The translations under genes were made by a program, and so were the position numbers. Below, piece by piece: positions 40,153-50,698 of a stretch of 64,000 nt of DNA. The stretch is from an uncultured Campylobacter sp. (GTDB taxonomy: Bacteria; Campylobacterota; Campylobacteria; Campylobacterales; Campylobacteraceae). Within the stretch, counting starts at the first letter, position 1; each line of letters opens with the position of its first letter. The stretch is taken from NCBI RefSeq assembly GCF_938045205.1, contig NZ_CALIMY010000138.1, positions 8,619-72,618 of the forward strand, given 5' to 3'. The notes under the pieces were generated by a model. It was not told the DNA's origin and ran no database searches. It worked only from the letters and a program-made list of their open reading frames with translations.

Positions 40153-41676
40153 TCAAGCAAATTCGCTCCAAGCCTTCATGCTCCCCGTATCCTTAAATCT
40201 TTGATGCCACGACAGCGCCTCGCTTAGGATGTGCGGAGTATGCCCAGCACAGGGCTGCGCACATGCCCGCTCGAAATAATCTTTCAGTGCGTCTTGGTAA
40301 GTGGGATGTGCGATACTTATCATCGCGCGAGCCCGCTCACGAGGGCATTTACCACGCAGATCGGCGATGCCGTATTCGGTGATGATGACTTGAGTGTCGT
40401 GCTCAGTATGATCGACGTGGCTCACGAATGGCACGATAGCGCTGATTGCGCCGCCTTTAGCGAGCGATGGGCTCAAAAATAGCGACAAATATCCGTTGCG
40501 AGCGAAGTCACCGCTACCGCCAATACCGTTTTTCATCTGCGAACCCATGACGTTAGTGGAGTTTACGTTGCCGTAGATGTCCGCCTCTAGCATGCCATTC
40601 ATCGATACGACGCCGAGCTTTCTGATGAGCGCTGGCGAGTTGGAGACATCTTGCGAACGCAGTATAATGTGCTTGCGGTAGAAATCGATGTTTTTTTGAA
40701 ATTCCTCGACACCTGCGGGGCTAAGCGATAGCGCCGTGGCACTTGCAGTGCCTACGACGCCTCTTTTGATGAGATCTAGCATGCCGTCTTGGATCACCTC
40801 GGAGTAGCACTGCAGCCCTTGGTAGCCAGCATTTTGTAGTGAGCTAAGCACGGCGTTAGCGACGTTGCCGATGCCCGATTGTAGCGGCAGTAGCTTCTTT
40901 GCGGGAAGTCTGCCGCAAGCTTCCTCGTTTTTTAAGAATTTTACGACGTTGCGCCCGATCGCACTTGAAATTTCATCCACGGCGGTAAAATTATTGACGC
41001 GATCATGCGTCCTAGCCTCTATGACAGCGATTACTTTGGCAGGATCTACATGCATATAGAGGCTGCCTACGCGATCGCCTACGTGCTTGATCGGCAGATC
41101 CGCAGCGTGCGGAGGTAGGCGCAGATCCGTAACGTCGTGAATACCCTCCAGCTCAAGCGGCTGATAGTAATTCACTTCTAAAATAACGCGATCGGCGATA
41201 TCGAGCCAGGCTTGGTTGTTGCCTAGCGATGTGGACGGCACGAGCTCGCCGCTTTCTTTAATCGCCACTACTTCGATCACGGCAAAGTTTAGATGTGGAA
41301 AAAAGCCAGCTTTAAGCTGCGCGGCAAGGCTTGATAGATGCACGTCCGTGTATCGTACGGCGCCGCTATTTATCGCACGGCGCATATCGGCATCCGTAAA
41401 AAACGGCGCGCGAAAGCTCACGGCACCTGCTTTTGCCAAAACTCCGTCTAAAAGCAGATCGGTCGATGCGCCCGTAAAAATTTCGATTTGATAGGGCTCG
41501 CCTTTTTTGTGCAGCGTTGTCGCTCGTTGCGCCAGAGCCTGCGGCAGCGCTAGTGCGCAGCCCGCCCCAACAAAGCCGCTAAAGCCCACCGATGCGCCAT
41601 TTGGGATCAGTTCGCAGGCTTTCTCGGCGCTCATAATTTTTGATTTTAGATATTCGTTTTGCACGCGTGAGTTCAT
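40153..41676 (-). CDS. Acetyl-CoA hydrolase/transferase family protein (succinyl-CoA:acetate CoA-transferase-like)
   Basis: About 507 aa. It has GASVGFSGF near the N-terminus and the family motif NGIGGSGDFARN. The start at 41676 (MNSRVQNEYL) is preferred over 41703. Confidence 0.88.
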   Translation of the reverse strand: MNSRVQNEYLKSKIMSAEKACELIPNGASVGFSGFVGAGCALALPQALAQRATTLHKKGEPYQIEIFTGASTDLLLDGVLAKAGAVSFRAPFFTDADMRRAINSGAVRYTDVHLSSLAAQLKAGFFPHLNFAVIEVVAIKESGELVPSTSLGNNQAWLDIADRVILEVNYYQPLELEGIHDVTDLRLPPHAADLPIKHVGDRVGSLYMHVDPAKVIAVIEARTHDRVNNFTAVDEISSAIGRNVVKFLKNEEACGRLPAKKLLPLQSGIGNVANAVLSSLQNAGYQGLQCYSEVIQDGMLDLIKRGVVGTASATALSLSPAGVEEFQKNIDFYRKHIILRSQDVSNSPALIRKLGVVSMNGMLEADIYGNVNSTNVMGSQMKNGIGGSGDFARNGYLSLFLSPSLAKGGAISAIVPFVSHVDHTEHDTQVIITEYGIADLRGKCPRERARAMISIAHPTYQDALKDYFERACAQPCAGHTPHILSEALSWHQRFKDTGSMKAWSEFA

Positions 41677-41703
41677 TTTCCGTCCTAGCCGTGATTTGGG
41701 CAA

Positions 41704-42628
41704 AATTATAATATTTTTGCGCTAAATTTCAAAATCTAAAATTTCGTGCACGAGCTAGGCTATAGAGCAAAATATGGGGGGTGCGGTCGGTTGGGATACG
41801 CCGCAAACGCTTCCGATTAGGCTTTTTTTGCTTCGGCGGTTTGCAATACCCGCTTGCGCGAGCGCTCGGTAAATAGGATTTTAAGCGTGATTGAAGCTTG
41901 GTTAATGATCTAGCTACGATATCATTAAACGCTTATCTCACACCAAATCTTGCGGAATTTAGGCGCAAAATTTACGCATAATTTATGAGCTGCGATATTT
42001 AAATTTAAGCTTCCTTTTGCAATTTAATCGCTCGCCGCACTCAAATTTAAATCCCCAACTTGTAATTTTAAAATAGATGTTTTGAAATTTATCGCTCGTG
42101 GCGTTCAAATTCCGCGTCTAGCGAGCCTTGAACTCATATTTGAAATTGCATCACTTGCGGTGCACGCCTTTGCACGCCGCGCTTGGATTTTAATTCCGCA
42201 TTAATTGAAATTCCCCCTGTCTGGAATTCTTGCCTCTTCGCACAAGACGGCGGTTTAAAATTTCAGATTTCGCGCTTTTTTTGGGGGCGACTCGACGTAG
42301 ATACGCAAAATTTTGATATTTTACGCTTGCAAAATTCTAAAAATTATATCATCGTCACGGATAGATTGCAGATTTTGTTTAAATTCTAGTTCTTAAAATT
42401 GTAGCTTCAGCCGTTACACGAGATTTTTAATTCAAAGAGCATTGCCGCGCAAATTCTAATCTCTGCTGAGCCCAAAAATTGACAACGCTTAAGACACAAA
42501 TTTAAACGCGTTTTAGAATTTAAAATTTAGCCCGCCTTGTTACCATTTTCGGTCGAGCTTTATAAAATTTCGGCAAATTTTATACTTGCAAAATTTTAAA
42601 CTCTATCGCCGCAAAATAGGGCAAAATT
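41704..42628. repeat. 0.9-kb non-coding repeat field
   Basis: There are no credible ORFs. AAATTT/GAATTT/AAATTC cores occur throughout, and there is a local hairpin GTTAATGAT...ATCATTAAC at about 41901-41930. Confidence 0.65.
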
Positions 42629-43147
42629 TCATCTCTGCGGCTTGCCGTCGCCGAATTTTGCGACTATCTCATCGCTGCAGCTCTCCTTGGGCGCCCAGCC
42701 TTCGCGCTTCATCCGCGCCAGATTGTCGCATGCCTCCTGCGAGCCGCCTTCGCAAAGCTCGTCGTATATCACGAGGCTACGGCACTGCCCGCTCGCAAAG
42801 CTCTCCAGCGCCGCGGCGTTGCCTAGACAGGCTCGCTCGCGCAGATCGCTCATCGCGCGCCCGCCTGCGCCGCCCATTTTATCTCCCTGCTTCCGCTCGG
42901 CGAGGGTGGCGAGCTCGCACGCATCTGCGAAAAAGCCCTGCGCTTTGAGGCGGTTTCGCACGACGCCGCGACCGCCCAGCTCGTATCTCATCGCCGCTTC
43001 GTAGCATGCGGCGGCGTCCTTTTTGCTGCATTTTGCTAAAAGCGCGCTGGTTTTTGCGCCGCTAAATTTAAACTCTTTGGCTTCGCTGCCCGCGCTTGCC
43101 AAACTAAGCGCCAGCGCCGCAGCCAGCGCAAGCTTTAAAGCTTTCAT
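42629..43147 (-). CDS. Secreted Sel1-like-repeat cysteine-rich protein (Hcp-like)
   Basis: It has the signal peptide MKALKLALAAALALSLASA and repeated C-x-A-C...G-G modules (CSKKDAAACYEAAMRYELGGRG). Confidence 0.78.
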   Translation of the reverse strand: MKALKLALAAALALSLASAGSEAKEFKFSGAKTSALLAKCSKKDAAACYEAAMRYELGGRGVVRNRLKAQGFFADACELATLAERKQGDKMGGAGGRAMSDLRERACLGNAAALESFASGQCRSLVIYDELCEGGSQEACDNLARMKREGWAPKESCSDEIVAKFGDGKPQR

Positions 43148-43285
43148 CTTTACTCCTTTTTCGTTTATCCGCTCGCACGCTTCGATTTACCGCCTCATCG
43201 CGCTGTACCCGTTGCCCGCTAAAATTTAAAAGGCTCACGCGCCTTATTTGCGATCGAAGCTTGGAATTTTATCGCCTCTGCCGCG

Positions 43286-43852
43286 CTAATTTTTCGGCAG
43301 CAGATCGAGCACCGCGCAGGCGCGCTTGTTGTGCATTTTACACGCTTTATCTAGCGCTTTCCCCGAGAGCTCAAAGCTTTGAGGGGTGCCGATTCCTTGT
43401 AGATATTTGACCGACAGCTCGTAGCAAGCTTCGCTACTGCCGGCATCGCACTGCTCGCGAAAAAGTTCAAACGACGCCACGACGTCCTTCTCCACGCCCA
43501 AGCCCCGCCCTAGCGCATCTGCGTAGAAAAAGCACGACAGCTGATCTTTTCGTTCGCAGCCGCTTTTCAGACCACGCGTGACGCGCTCGCAGGAGCCTTC
43601 GTCGCTTTTTACGATGCAGCTTTGCAGATCCGCCCGTGAAATTCCGTCCGTTTGGATGACCGCATCGGCGCTGCTTTGCGAGCCGGCGCTTGCTCCGCCG
43701 CTCTTTATAAAGCGCGCGTTTTGCGTGGCAGTTTCGCCGATACTCGTTGTTTTGTCCGTTTTGCCCGCCGCAGAAGCTTTATCCGCTGGCGCGCTCTCGC
43801 CGCAGTTTGCCGCAAGTGCGCAAAGTAGCGCCAAAAATAGAAATTTTTTCAT
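43286..43852 (-). CDS. Sel1-like-repeat cysteine-rich lipoprotein (Hcp-like)
   Basis: MKKFLFLALLCALAANCG has a lipobox-like signal. Paired Cys modules include CERKDQLSCFFYADALGRGLG and CDAGSSEACYELSVKYLQGIG. Confidence 0.76.
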   Translation of the reverse strand: MKKFLFLALLCALAANCGESAPADKASAAGKTDKTTSIGETATQNARFIKSGGASAGSQSSADAVIQTDGISRADLQSCIVKSDEGSCERVTRGLKSGCERKDQLSCFFYADALGRGLGVEKDVVASFELFREQCDAGSSEACYELSVKYLQGIGTPQSFELSGKALDKACKMHNKRACAVLDLLPKN

Positions 43853-43989
43853 ACCAGCCTCCGTTAAATTTCGCGCCATTTTAATTAAAAATGCTGAATT
43901 TAAGAGAAATACGCTTCGCCTTAAATTTCAGCTCTATGTCGCAACGCGTTTAAAGCGCGAAATTTAAAGTGCGGCGCCGAAGCGATCGA

Positions 43990-44421
43990 TCACAGGCTCT
44001 TTAGCGCCGCGAGTACGTTTTGTGCGTCCTGCTCGGGTTCAGCGATGCGGCTAAAGCGCTTTATCTCTTTGCCGCCTCGAAAAATCAGGGTTTGGCGGTG
44101 GTAAAATTTCTTCCCATCGCCGGTAGTGAAGGTTTCGAGCCCAAGCGGCGCTTCAAGCTCGAATTTTTTGTCGTTTATGAACTCAAACGAGGCGCCCGTA
44201 GCGCGCTTAAACTCGCTCGTGCCCGCCTCGCCCATGCTGCCTACGGCGATAAGCTCAAAGCCGAGGGCTTTTATCTGCGCAAGCGCGCTCTCATAGGCCT
44301 TGCATTGAAGCGTGCAGCCCGTAAGCCCCGCCGCATCACGCAACTCTGCGGGCAGAAATTTGCCGCTGTCGCCCATTTTCGGATAGGTAAAAACCACGCA
44401 ATTTTTCGGTAAATTTATCAT
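43990..44421 (-). CDS. Bcp/AhpC-TSA-like thiol peroxidase family protein
   Basis: The GCTLQC motif sits in a thioredoxin-fold context (VVFTYPKMG...LTGCTLQCKAY). The start is uncertain (44421 versus 44460). Confidence 0.65.
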   Translation of the reverse strand: MINLPKNCVVFTYPKMGDSGKFLPAELRDAAGLTGCTLQCKAYESALAQIKALGFELIAVGSMGEAGTSEFKRATGASFEFINDKKFELEAPLGLETFTTGDGKKFYHRQTLIFRGGKEIKRFSRIAEPEQDAQNVLAALKSL

Positions 44422-44523
44422 CTCTCGCCTTTTGATCGAAATAGGTCGCAAAAATAGCATAAAAAATCTTAAACCCGCTTAACGGATGAAATTTTAATAA
44501 AATTTATCCCACATTTCGGGCTT

Positions 44524-45534
44524 TTACTCGTTGTTTCCCGCGATCGTTTCGATTAGTTTGCGTTTGTTGCGGCGGTTGTAAAGCACCGACGAAAGGAGCG
44601 ATAGCGCGATGAATAAGATCCCCACGGTGCCCGTTATGATCTCGCTTACTTCAAATTTCAGCTTGGCAAACATTATAAACGCCAAACACGCGATAGCATA
44701 GTGCGCGCCGTGCTCCAGATACGCGAAGTGCGACAGCGTGCCGCGAGCGATGAGATACAGCGTGATGGAGCGCACGAACATCGCGCCAGCACCTAGCCCC
44801 AGCATAATGATGAAGATATTATCGCTTAGCGCAAACGCGCCGATCACGCCGTCGAAGCTAAAGCTCGCGTCCAGAGTTTCTAAATACAAAAAGCCCGCGA
44901 GACCGTTTTTTACGCCGTCCGTGCCGAAAAGGCGGTCGAAGCAGGAGATGAGCAGATAGAGCAGGATCGCGCCGAAATACGCCGCGCCGAGCGTAGCCGA
45001 GCCCATTTTAGCAAGCAGCACGAGCCCCGCGGCTAGAGCGATCAGCGTGGGCACGTTTGGAATGCGCTTTAAAAATCGCACGAGCCCGTTATTTTCGATT
45101 ATGCCCAGCCAGTGTAGCTCGCGCTGCGCATCGAAGAAAAAATCGCAAAAGACCATCAGCAAAAAAGCGCCCCCGAAAACATAAATTTGCGCCTCGTTCT
45201 CGCTTAAAATTTCATGGTAGCGGTGCGGCTGCTTAAGCGCTAGCACGAGGGTTTCCCAAAGACCCAGATGCGCGCTAGCCGCGACTATTAGCACGGGGAA
45301 TAAAAACCTCATGCCAAAAACCGCGATCGGAATGCCCCAGAGGATAAATCTGCTCTGCCACACCGGCGCCATATCTTTTAGCACCTTGGCATTGACTACG
45401 GCGTTGTCGAAGCTAAGGCTGATTTCGAGTGCGCACAAAAGTGCGCAGATATAAGCGGCACCCGCACCGCCGATATAAAACGCGATAGCAAGCGCAATTA
45501 GGCTTACTACAAAAGAGGAGTAAAAATATTTCAT
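44524..45534 (-). CDS. DUF475/TerC-like integral membrane protein
   Basis: It has the duplicated motifs SLSFDNAVVNAKVL and LDASFSFDGVIGAFA. Alternative start at 45570. Confidence 0.78.
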   Translation of the reverse strand: MKYFYSSFVVSLIALAIAFYIGGAGAAYICALLCALEISLSFDNAVVNAKVLKDMAPVWQSRFILWGIPIAVFGMRFLFPVLIVAASAHLGLWETLVLALKQPHRYHEILSENEAQIYVFGGAFLLMVFCDFFFDAQRELHWLGIIENNGLVRFLKRIPNVPTLIALAAGLVLLAKMGSATLGAAYFGAILLYLLISCFDRLFGTDGVKNGLAGFLYLETLDASFSFDGVIGAFALSDNIFIIMLGLGAGAMFVRSITLYLIARGTLSHFAYLEHGAHYAIACLAFIMFAKLKFEVSEIITGTVGILFIALSLLSSVLYNRRNKRKLIETIAGNNE

Positions 45535-45621
45535 CGCTGTCCTAGCCGATTTTTTGCGCGATTTTAGCAAAATTTAGCCCTAAATTCTATATAATTGCAA
45601 AAATTCCAAAAAAGGCAAACG

Positions 45622-46941
45622 ATGCTTACCAATCCCGTATTTATCAGTATCTGTGTGATGTGCGCGCTATGCTTGCTGAGGTGCAACGTAATGCTCGCGA
45701 TCCTAATCGGCACGATATGCGCCGTGCTCTCAAGCAATATCCCGCTGGGCGATGCCATAAATTTATTCATAAACGGCAACCCTGAAAACGCCGGTAGCCT
45801 CGGTATGGGCGGAAATTTAGAAACCGCGCTTTCATATCTGCTGTTAGGCGTCATCGCAAGCGCGATCTCAAAGACGAACTTAACGGCGATCTTGGTGCGC
45901 GCGGTGGCAAATTTAATCAGCGACAAAAAATACGTCTTTATCTTTTCGATCGCCTTTTTTGCGTGCTTCTCACAAAATTTAATCCCCGTGCATATCGCCT
46001 TTATCCCGATTTTGATCCCGCCGTTAGTCAAGATCATGAACTCGCTAAAGATCGACCGCCGCGCCGTAGCGTGCGCGCTGACGTTCGGCTTGCAGACGCC
46101 GTATATGGCGCTGCCGCTGGGATTTGGACTTATCTTTATGGGGCTAATCGAAAAAAATATGAACGCAAACGGCATCGCGGTAAGCCTTGGCGACATATCA
46201 AGCGTGATGTGGCTAAGCGCCGTGCCGATGCTCGTGGGCCTCATCCTGGCCGTGATCTACTACCGCAAGCCGAGGGAGTATGCCGAAACCAAACAGAGCC
46301 TGGACGCACATTTTAGCGAGCTTAGGATGGGTATGCGCGAATGGGGTGCGCTAGCGGGTATCGCGGTGTGCTTCGCGGTGCAAATTTGGATCAAATCCCT
46401 TCCGTTTGCCGCGCTTAGCGGAATTTTAGTAATGCTTGTGAGCAAAGGCATCGAGTGGAAGAAGCTCGATAATGTATTTGACGAGGGCGTGCATATGATG
46501 GGCTATATCGCGTTTTTGATGCTGATCGCCGCAGGATACGGCACGATCTTAAAAGAAACCGGCGGCGTGAACGAGCTGGTGCACGTAGCGAGCACTTTAA
46601 GCGGCGGCAAGCTAGGCGGTGCGCTGCTGATGATCGGCATCGGACTGCTGGTGACGATGGGTATCGGCTCGAGCTTCGGCACGATCCCTATCATCGCTAC
46701 GATATATTGCCCGCTAGCCGCGCAGCTTGGCTTTAGCACGGCGGCGACGATCTTTATCATCGGCGTGGCTGCGGGTATCGGCGATGCAGGCTCGCCTGCG
46801 AGCGATAGCACGCTCGGGCCTACCGTGGGGCTGAATATCGACGGCGAGCATAGCCATATGTGGGATACCTGCGTGCCGACCTTTATTTTCTTTAATATCC
46901 CGCTGATCATATTCGGCATAATCTTTTCGATGATGCTTTGA
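45622..46941 (+). CDS. NhaC-family (YuiF-like) Na+/H+ antiporter-type transporter
   Basis: About 440 aa with 10 or more TM helices and a Gly-rich loop pattern typical of the NhaC C-terminal family. The assignment is made by resemblance only. Confidence 0.7.
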   Translation: MLTNPVFISICVMCALCLLRCNVMLAILIGTICAVLSSNIPLGDAINLFINGNPENAGSLGMGGNLETALSYLLLGVIASAISKTNLTAILVRAVANLISDKKYVFIFSIAFFACFSQNLIPVHIAFIPILIPPLVKIMNSLKIDRRAVACALTFGLQTPYMALPLGFGLIFMGLIEKNMNANGIAVSLGDISSVMWLSAVPMLVGLILAVIYYRKPREYAETKQSLDAHFSELRMGMREWGALAGIAVCFAVQIWIKSLPFAALSGILVMLVSKGIEWKKLDNVFDEGVHMMGYIAFLMLIAAGYGTILKETGGVNELVHVASTLSGGKLGGALLMIGIGLLVTMGIGSSFGTIPIIATIYCPLAAQLGFSTAATIFIIGVAAGIGDAGSPASDSTLGPTVGLNIDGEHSHMWDTCVPTFIFFNIPLIIFGIIFSMML

Positions 46942-47124
46942 AATTTTATAAAATTTAGCCGCGCGGCTTTGCTTTTAAATTTGCCTGCGCGATTTTGCCA
47001 AAATTTATCTGCGTCGCTCGCACGATCGGCTTAAATTTAACCGCTCGCGGCGCGTTGATGAAAATCATTGCTAAAATTTGAAATTTCGCATAAAATGGGC
47101 GAAATTTCATAGCAAGGAGCGGCG

Positions 47125-47568
47125 GTGGAACGAATTTATCCTTACGTGCAGATCGTGCATCTCATCTGCGCCATTATCTTTTTGGGCTACATATTTTTCG
47201 ACGTCGTGATTTTTTCACGGCTTAAAGGCACGCTGGGCGCGGATTTTGAGCGCGTTAAAAAGGCGATTGGCTCGCGCGCGATTAAGATCATGCCGGTTTG
47301 CCTTTTTACGCTGATAATCACCGGCGGAATGATGATGAGCCGTTGGGTCGGAAGCGCTAACGGCGGGTATTTCGGCACGCCGCTTCAAAAAATCTTTATG
47401 CTAAAAGTCACGCTCGCGCTCATCATCGCCGTGTGCGTAGCGATAAATTTGAGCTGCCGCGCGATGGGAAGGCCCGCGCCTGAGTTTTTACGAGCGAACA
47501 TCCACAAAATCGCCTTTGTATTCGGCTTCATCATCGTGCTTTGCGCTAAGCTTATGTTTGTAGTATGA
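47125..47568 (+). CDS. Small integral membrane protein (4 TM, CopD/HemJ-like fold?)
   Basis: GTG start after GGAGCGGCG, with four hydrophobic segments. Confidence 0.55.
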   Translation: MERIYPYVQIVHLICAIIFLGYIFFDVVIFSRLKGTLGADFERVKKAIGSRAIKIMPVCLFTLIITGGMMMSRWVGSANGGYFGTPLQKIFMLKVTLALIIAVCVAINLSCRAMGRPAPEFLRANIHKIAFVFGFIIVLCAKLMFVV

Positions 47569-48181
47569 TTTATAGCGCAAAATTTAGCGCTGGCGGCACG
47601 CTTTTATCGCGAAATTCTGTAGCGTGGCACAGATTTAATTTTGCTTGCTTTTAAAATACGACGCTTGCTAAAAATTTTAAAATTCCAATTTATCGAGCGG
47701 GCATAGGGATTTAAGAATTTTAAATTCCGCCGCGTCTGCACCAAAGCACGAAATTTTAAAATTTCACTCCTTTCTTGTGCTGTTTTGTCAAACGCAATCT
47801 GCAAAATTTAATCTCATAAAATTTTAAAATTTCATCGCAAGCTTTAAAGTGCTCGTAAAATTTCTCGCTCAATCCTACGCTGAAAATTTTGTAAAATTCT
47901 GTGGCTTTAAAATTTTGCAAAATTTTAAAAATTTTAAATTCTATCGCTAGGATGCGGATGAAAACTCTAAAAAAAGCTCGCGTGGAATCGAAGCAAACAA
48001 TGAAAAAGCGAATTTATTTAGCGACTTTACTTACTATTTAATAATCATTAAAGATATAAAAAGCTAAAATTGCTTTTCGCCTGCGGGCGAATTTAATGTC
48101 TGCTTGCCATTCGGGCGGGATTTTGAGGTTTTCCGTAGCCGTGGCAATGGTTTTGAAATTATTTATGAGAAAGGAAAAAGG
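47569..48181. repeat. RAATTY/AAATTTTAAAATTT repeat field
   Basis: Exact AAATTTTAAAATTT units lie at about 47752 and about 47820, with many partial units. Confidence 0.7.
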
Positions 48182-48991
48182 ATGAAGAAATTTCTCTTAA
48201 GTCTGCTCGTCGCAGCTTTGGCTAGTAGCGCGCTTTGCGCTAGGTCGCTCTCCGAGATCAAAAGTAGCGGAGTGCTTAGAATAGGCGTTTATGACGCGCA
48301 ACCACCATTTAGCAAGATAGAAGACGGCGTGCATCAGGGCTTTGAGGTCGATATGGCAAACGCCATCGCTAAAGATATGCTTCCATCAGGCGGAAAAGTG
48401 GAGTTTACCTCCGTGCTTGCAAATCAGCGTATAAAATTCCTACAAGAAGATAAGGTGGATGCGGTTATCGCAACTCTTACCGTAACTCCGGAGCGCGAGA
48501 AGCAGGTAGATTTTACGACCCCGTATTTTAGCGTCAATATAGGCATTTTAACCCGCGTCGAAGATAAGATTAAATCTTTAAACGAATTGCAAGATAAAAC
48601 TATTTTGGTTCTTAGCGGCGGTACTGCAGAAACATACTTTGAAAAGCAAGGCTATAATATCGCCAGATGCGATAACGCAAATGCCTGCTATAAGGCGCTA
48701 AAAGCTGGGCAGGGCGACGGGTATGCCGACGATAACCTAGTCGTGCTGGCTTATCCGGTATTAGATAAAAAGGTTGAAGTAAATATCAAAAATTTAGGCA
48801 CTTCGGATTTCTTAGCCATCGGCGTAAAAAAGGGCAATTCGGAGCTTTTGGATTTTCTAAACGGCGAGCTAATCAAGCTAAGCAAAGAGGGCTTTTTCAA
48901 AAATTCGTTCGATAATTTCATCGAGCCTTACTACAAAGGAACTGCAGAGAAAAAGTATTTCTTGCTGGATGATCTTTATAGCTTGCTGTAA
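48182..48991 (+). CDS. Family-3 periplasmic amino-acid-binding protein (CjaA/PEB1-like), paralogue 1
   Basis: It has the signal peptide MKKFLLSLLVAALASSALCA, the segments LRIGVYDAQPPFS and TPEREKQVDFTTPYF, a CxxxxxC loop and the C-terminal KKYFLLDDLYSLL. Confidence 0.87.
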   Translation: MKKFLLSLLVAALASSALCARSLSEIKSSGVLRIGVYDAQPPFSKIEDGVHQGFEVDMANAIAKDMLPSGGKVEFTSVLANQRIKFLQEDKVDAVIATLTVTPEREKQVDFTTPYFSVNIGILTRVEDKIKSLNELQDKTILVLSGGTAETYFEKQGYNIARCDNANACYKALKAGQGDGYADDNLVVLAYPVLDKKVEVNIKNLGTSDFLAIGVKKGNSELLDFLNGELIKLSKEGFFKNSFDNFIEPYYKGTAEKKYFLLDDLYSLL

Positions 48992-49011
48992 TTTTAAAAA
49001 AGGGGGACGCT

Positions 49012-49815
49012 ATGAAAAAGATAATCTTGGCGTTAATGCTGGCTGCGTGTTCGCTTCTTAGCAACACTTTGACTCAAATCAAAGAAAAAGGGGTTATTCG
49101 AATCGGTATAGATGGCTCATCTCCGCCGTTTAGTGTCGCTAAAGCTGGCGAATATAGCGGCTTTGAGATACTCTTAATCGAAGGGCTTGTTAAAGAAATT
49201 TTCGGTGATAAAGGCAGCAAGATACAATATGTCGTAACGGTAGGCGATGATCGTATAAAAGCGGTGCAGGATAACAGAGTTGATTTGGATATCGCACTAA
49301 TCTCGGTTACAAAAGAGCGCGAGAAGCTGGTAGATTTCTCCGATCCATACTTTAGCGTAAATATCGGCGTGCTAACTCGTAGCGACGATAATATCAGAAA
49401 GGTCTCCGATCTAAACGGAAAGACTATACTGGCGCAGCCCGGTACTACTGTGTTTGATTACTTTACGAAACAGGGCTATAACGTAGTACCGTGTGCGAGC
49501 GCGAATGAATGCTTTAATGATCTAAAATCGGGTAAGGGCGACGGATACGGCGATGATAATCTACTTGTATTTGCTTACGCTGTAGTCGACCGCAAAGTCG
49601 AAGTAAATATCAAGAATTTAGGCTCGACGGACTTCCTGGCCATCGCGGTGCAAAAGGGCAATACCGAGCTGCTTAACGCGGTAAATGCGGGACTAATTGA
49701 GCTAAGTAAAAAGGGTTTTTTTACAAAAATTTTTGATGAGAGTATTGAGCCTTTTTATAAAGGCACCATTGATAAAAAGTATTTCTTGCTGGACGATCTT
49801 TACAGCTTGTTTTAA
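49012..49815 (+). CDS. Family-3 amino-acid-binding protein, paralogue 2
   Basis: Same architecture as paralogue 1, with IRIGIDGSSPPFS, TKEREKLVDFSDPYF, CASANEC and KKYFLLDDLYSLF. Confidence 0.87.
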   Translation: MKKIILALMLAACSLLSNTLTQIKEKGVIRIGIDGSSPPFSVAKAGEYSGFEILLIEGLVKEIFGDKGSKIQYVVTVGDDRIKAVQDNRVDLDIALISVTKEREKLVDFSDPYFSVNIGVLTRSDDNIRKVSDLNGKTILAQPGTTVFDYFTKQGYNVVPCASANECFNDLKSGKGDGYGDDNLLVFAYAVVDRKVEVNIKNLGSTDFLAIAVQKGNTELLNAVNAGLIELSKKGFFTKIFDESIEPFYKGTIDKKYFLLDDLYSLF

Positions 49816-49879
49816 TTTAAAGTGGCGATGGACGGAATTCTATTCGCCGGCAAATTTTAGTAAAATTTAAAGGAATTTT

Positions 49880-50683
49880 ATGAAAAAGATTATATTTGCA
49901 TTATTAATCGCTTCATGTTCGTTATTTGCTAACTCTTTAGCGCAGATCAAAGAAAAAGGGCTCATTCGTATCGGAATAGACGGCTCACTGCCGCCGCTTA
50001 GCGTCTCCGAGGACGGCAAATACAGCGGTTTTGAAATTTCGCTTATCGAAGAGCTCGTGAAAGAAATTTTCGGCGATAAGGGCGGCAAAATCGAATATGT
50101 CGTAACTCTGGGCAATGATCGTATCACAGCCGTGCAAGATAACAAGGTCGATTTGGATATCGCGGCGATTACGGTTACGAAAGAGCGCGAGAAACTAGTG
50201 GATTTTTCAAACCCTTACTTTAGCGTAAATATCGGCGTACTAACCCGTAGCGATGACAATATCAAGACAATAAACGACCTGCAGGATAAAGAAATTTTAG
50301 CAGAGCCCGGCACTACGGCGTTTGATTATTTTAATAAGGAAGGCTTTAAAGTTATCTCATGCGCTAGTTCTAGTGAATGTTTCCGAGCGCTAAAATCCGG
50401 TCGCGGCAGCGGCTATGCAGACGATAATATGGTAGTTTTGGGTTATTCGGTTGTAGATCGCAAGGTAGAGGTAAATATCAAGAATTTAGGCACGACGGAC
50501 TTTTTAGCTATCGCGGTGCAAAAAGGTAACGATGACTTGCTAAACGCCTTAAACGACGGGCTTGTCAAGCTCAGCAAAAACGGCTTTTTCAAGAAAATTT
50601 TTAACGACAGCATCGATCCTTTTTACAAGGGCAAGGCTGAGAAAAAATATTTCTTGTTAGATGATCTTTATAAAATGTTTTAA
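49880..50683 (+). CDS. Family-3 amino-acid-binding protein, paralogue 3
   Basis: Closest to paralogue 2 by eye, with IRIGIDGSLPPLS, TKEREKLVDFSNPYF, CASSSEC and KKYFLLDDLYKMF. Confidence 0.87.
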   Translation: MKKIIFALLIASCSLFANSLAQIKEKGLIRIGIDGSLPPLSVSEDGKYSGFEISLIEELVKEIFGDKGGKIEYVVTLGNDRITAVQDNKVDLDIAAITVTKEREKLVDFSNPYFSVNIGVLTRSDDNIKTINDLQDKEILAEPGTTAFDYFNKEGFKVISCASSSECFRALKSGRGSGYADDNMVVLGYSVVDRKVEVNIKNLGTTDFLAIAVQKGNDDLLNALNDGLVKLSKNGFFKKIFNDSIDPFYKGKAEKKYFLLDDLYKMF

Positions 50684-50698
50684 TTCAAAGGACAAAAT

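Noticed and set aside
42586-43229. Two overlapping 120-aa plus-strand ORFs and a 68-aa ORF.
   Set aside because: They are antisense to the Sel1-like gene. They are Arg/Ser/Ala-rich, as is typical of the reverse strand of a GC-rich gene.
45564-46244. A 226-aa minus-strand ORF.
   Set aside because: It lies entirely antisense to the well-supported NhaC-family transporter gene. Its composition is Ser/Ile/Phe/Ala-rich with no motifs, and it overlaps the end of the DUF475 gene. It is a shadow ORF.
47951-48043. A 30-codon ORF, MRMKTLKKARVESKQTMKKRIYLATLLTI, upstream of the binding-protein array, considered as a small protein or the remnant of a fifth paralogue's signal peptide.
   Set aside because: It is too short and there is no supporting similarity beyond a generic MKK..hydrophobic start. 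It cannot be supported from sequence alone.
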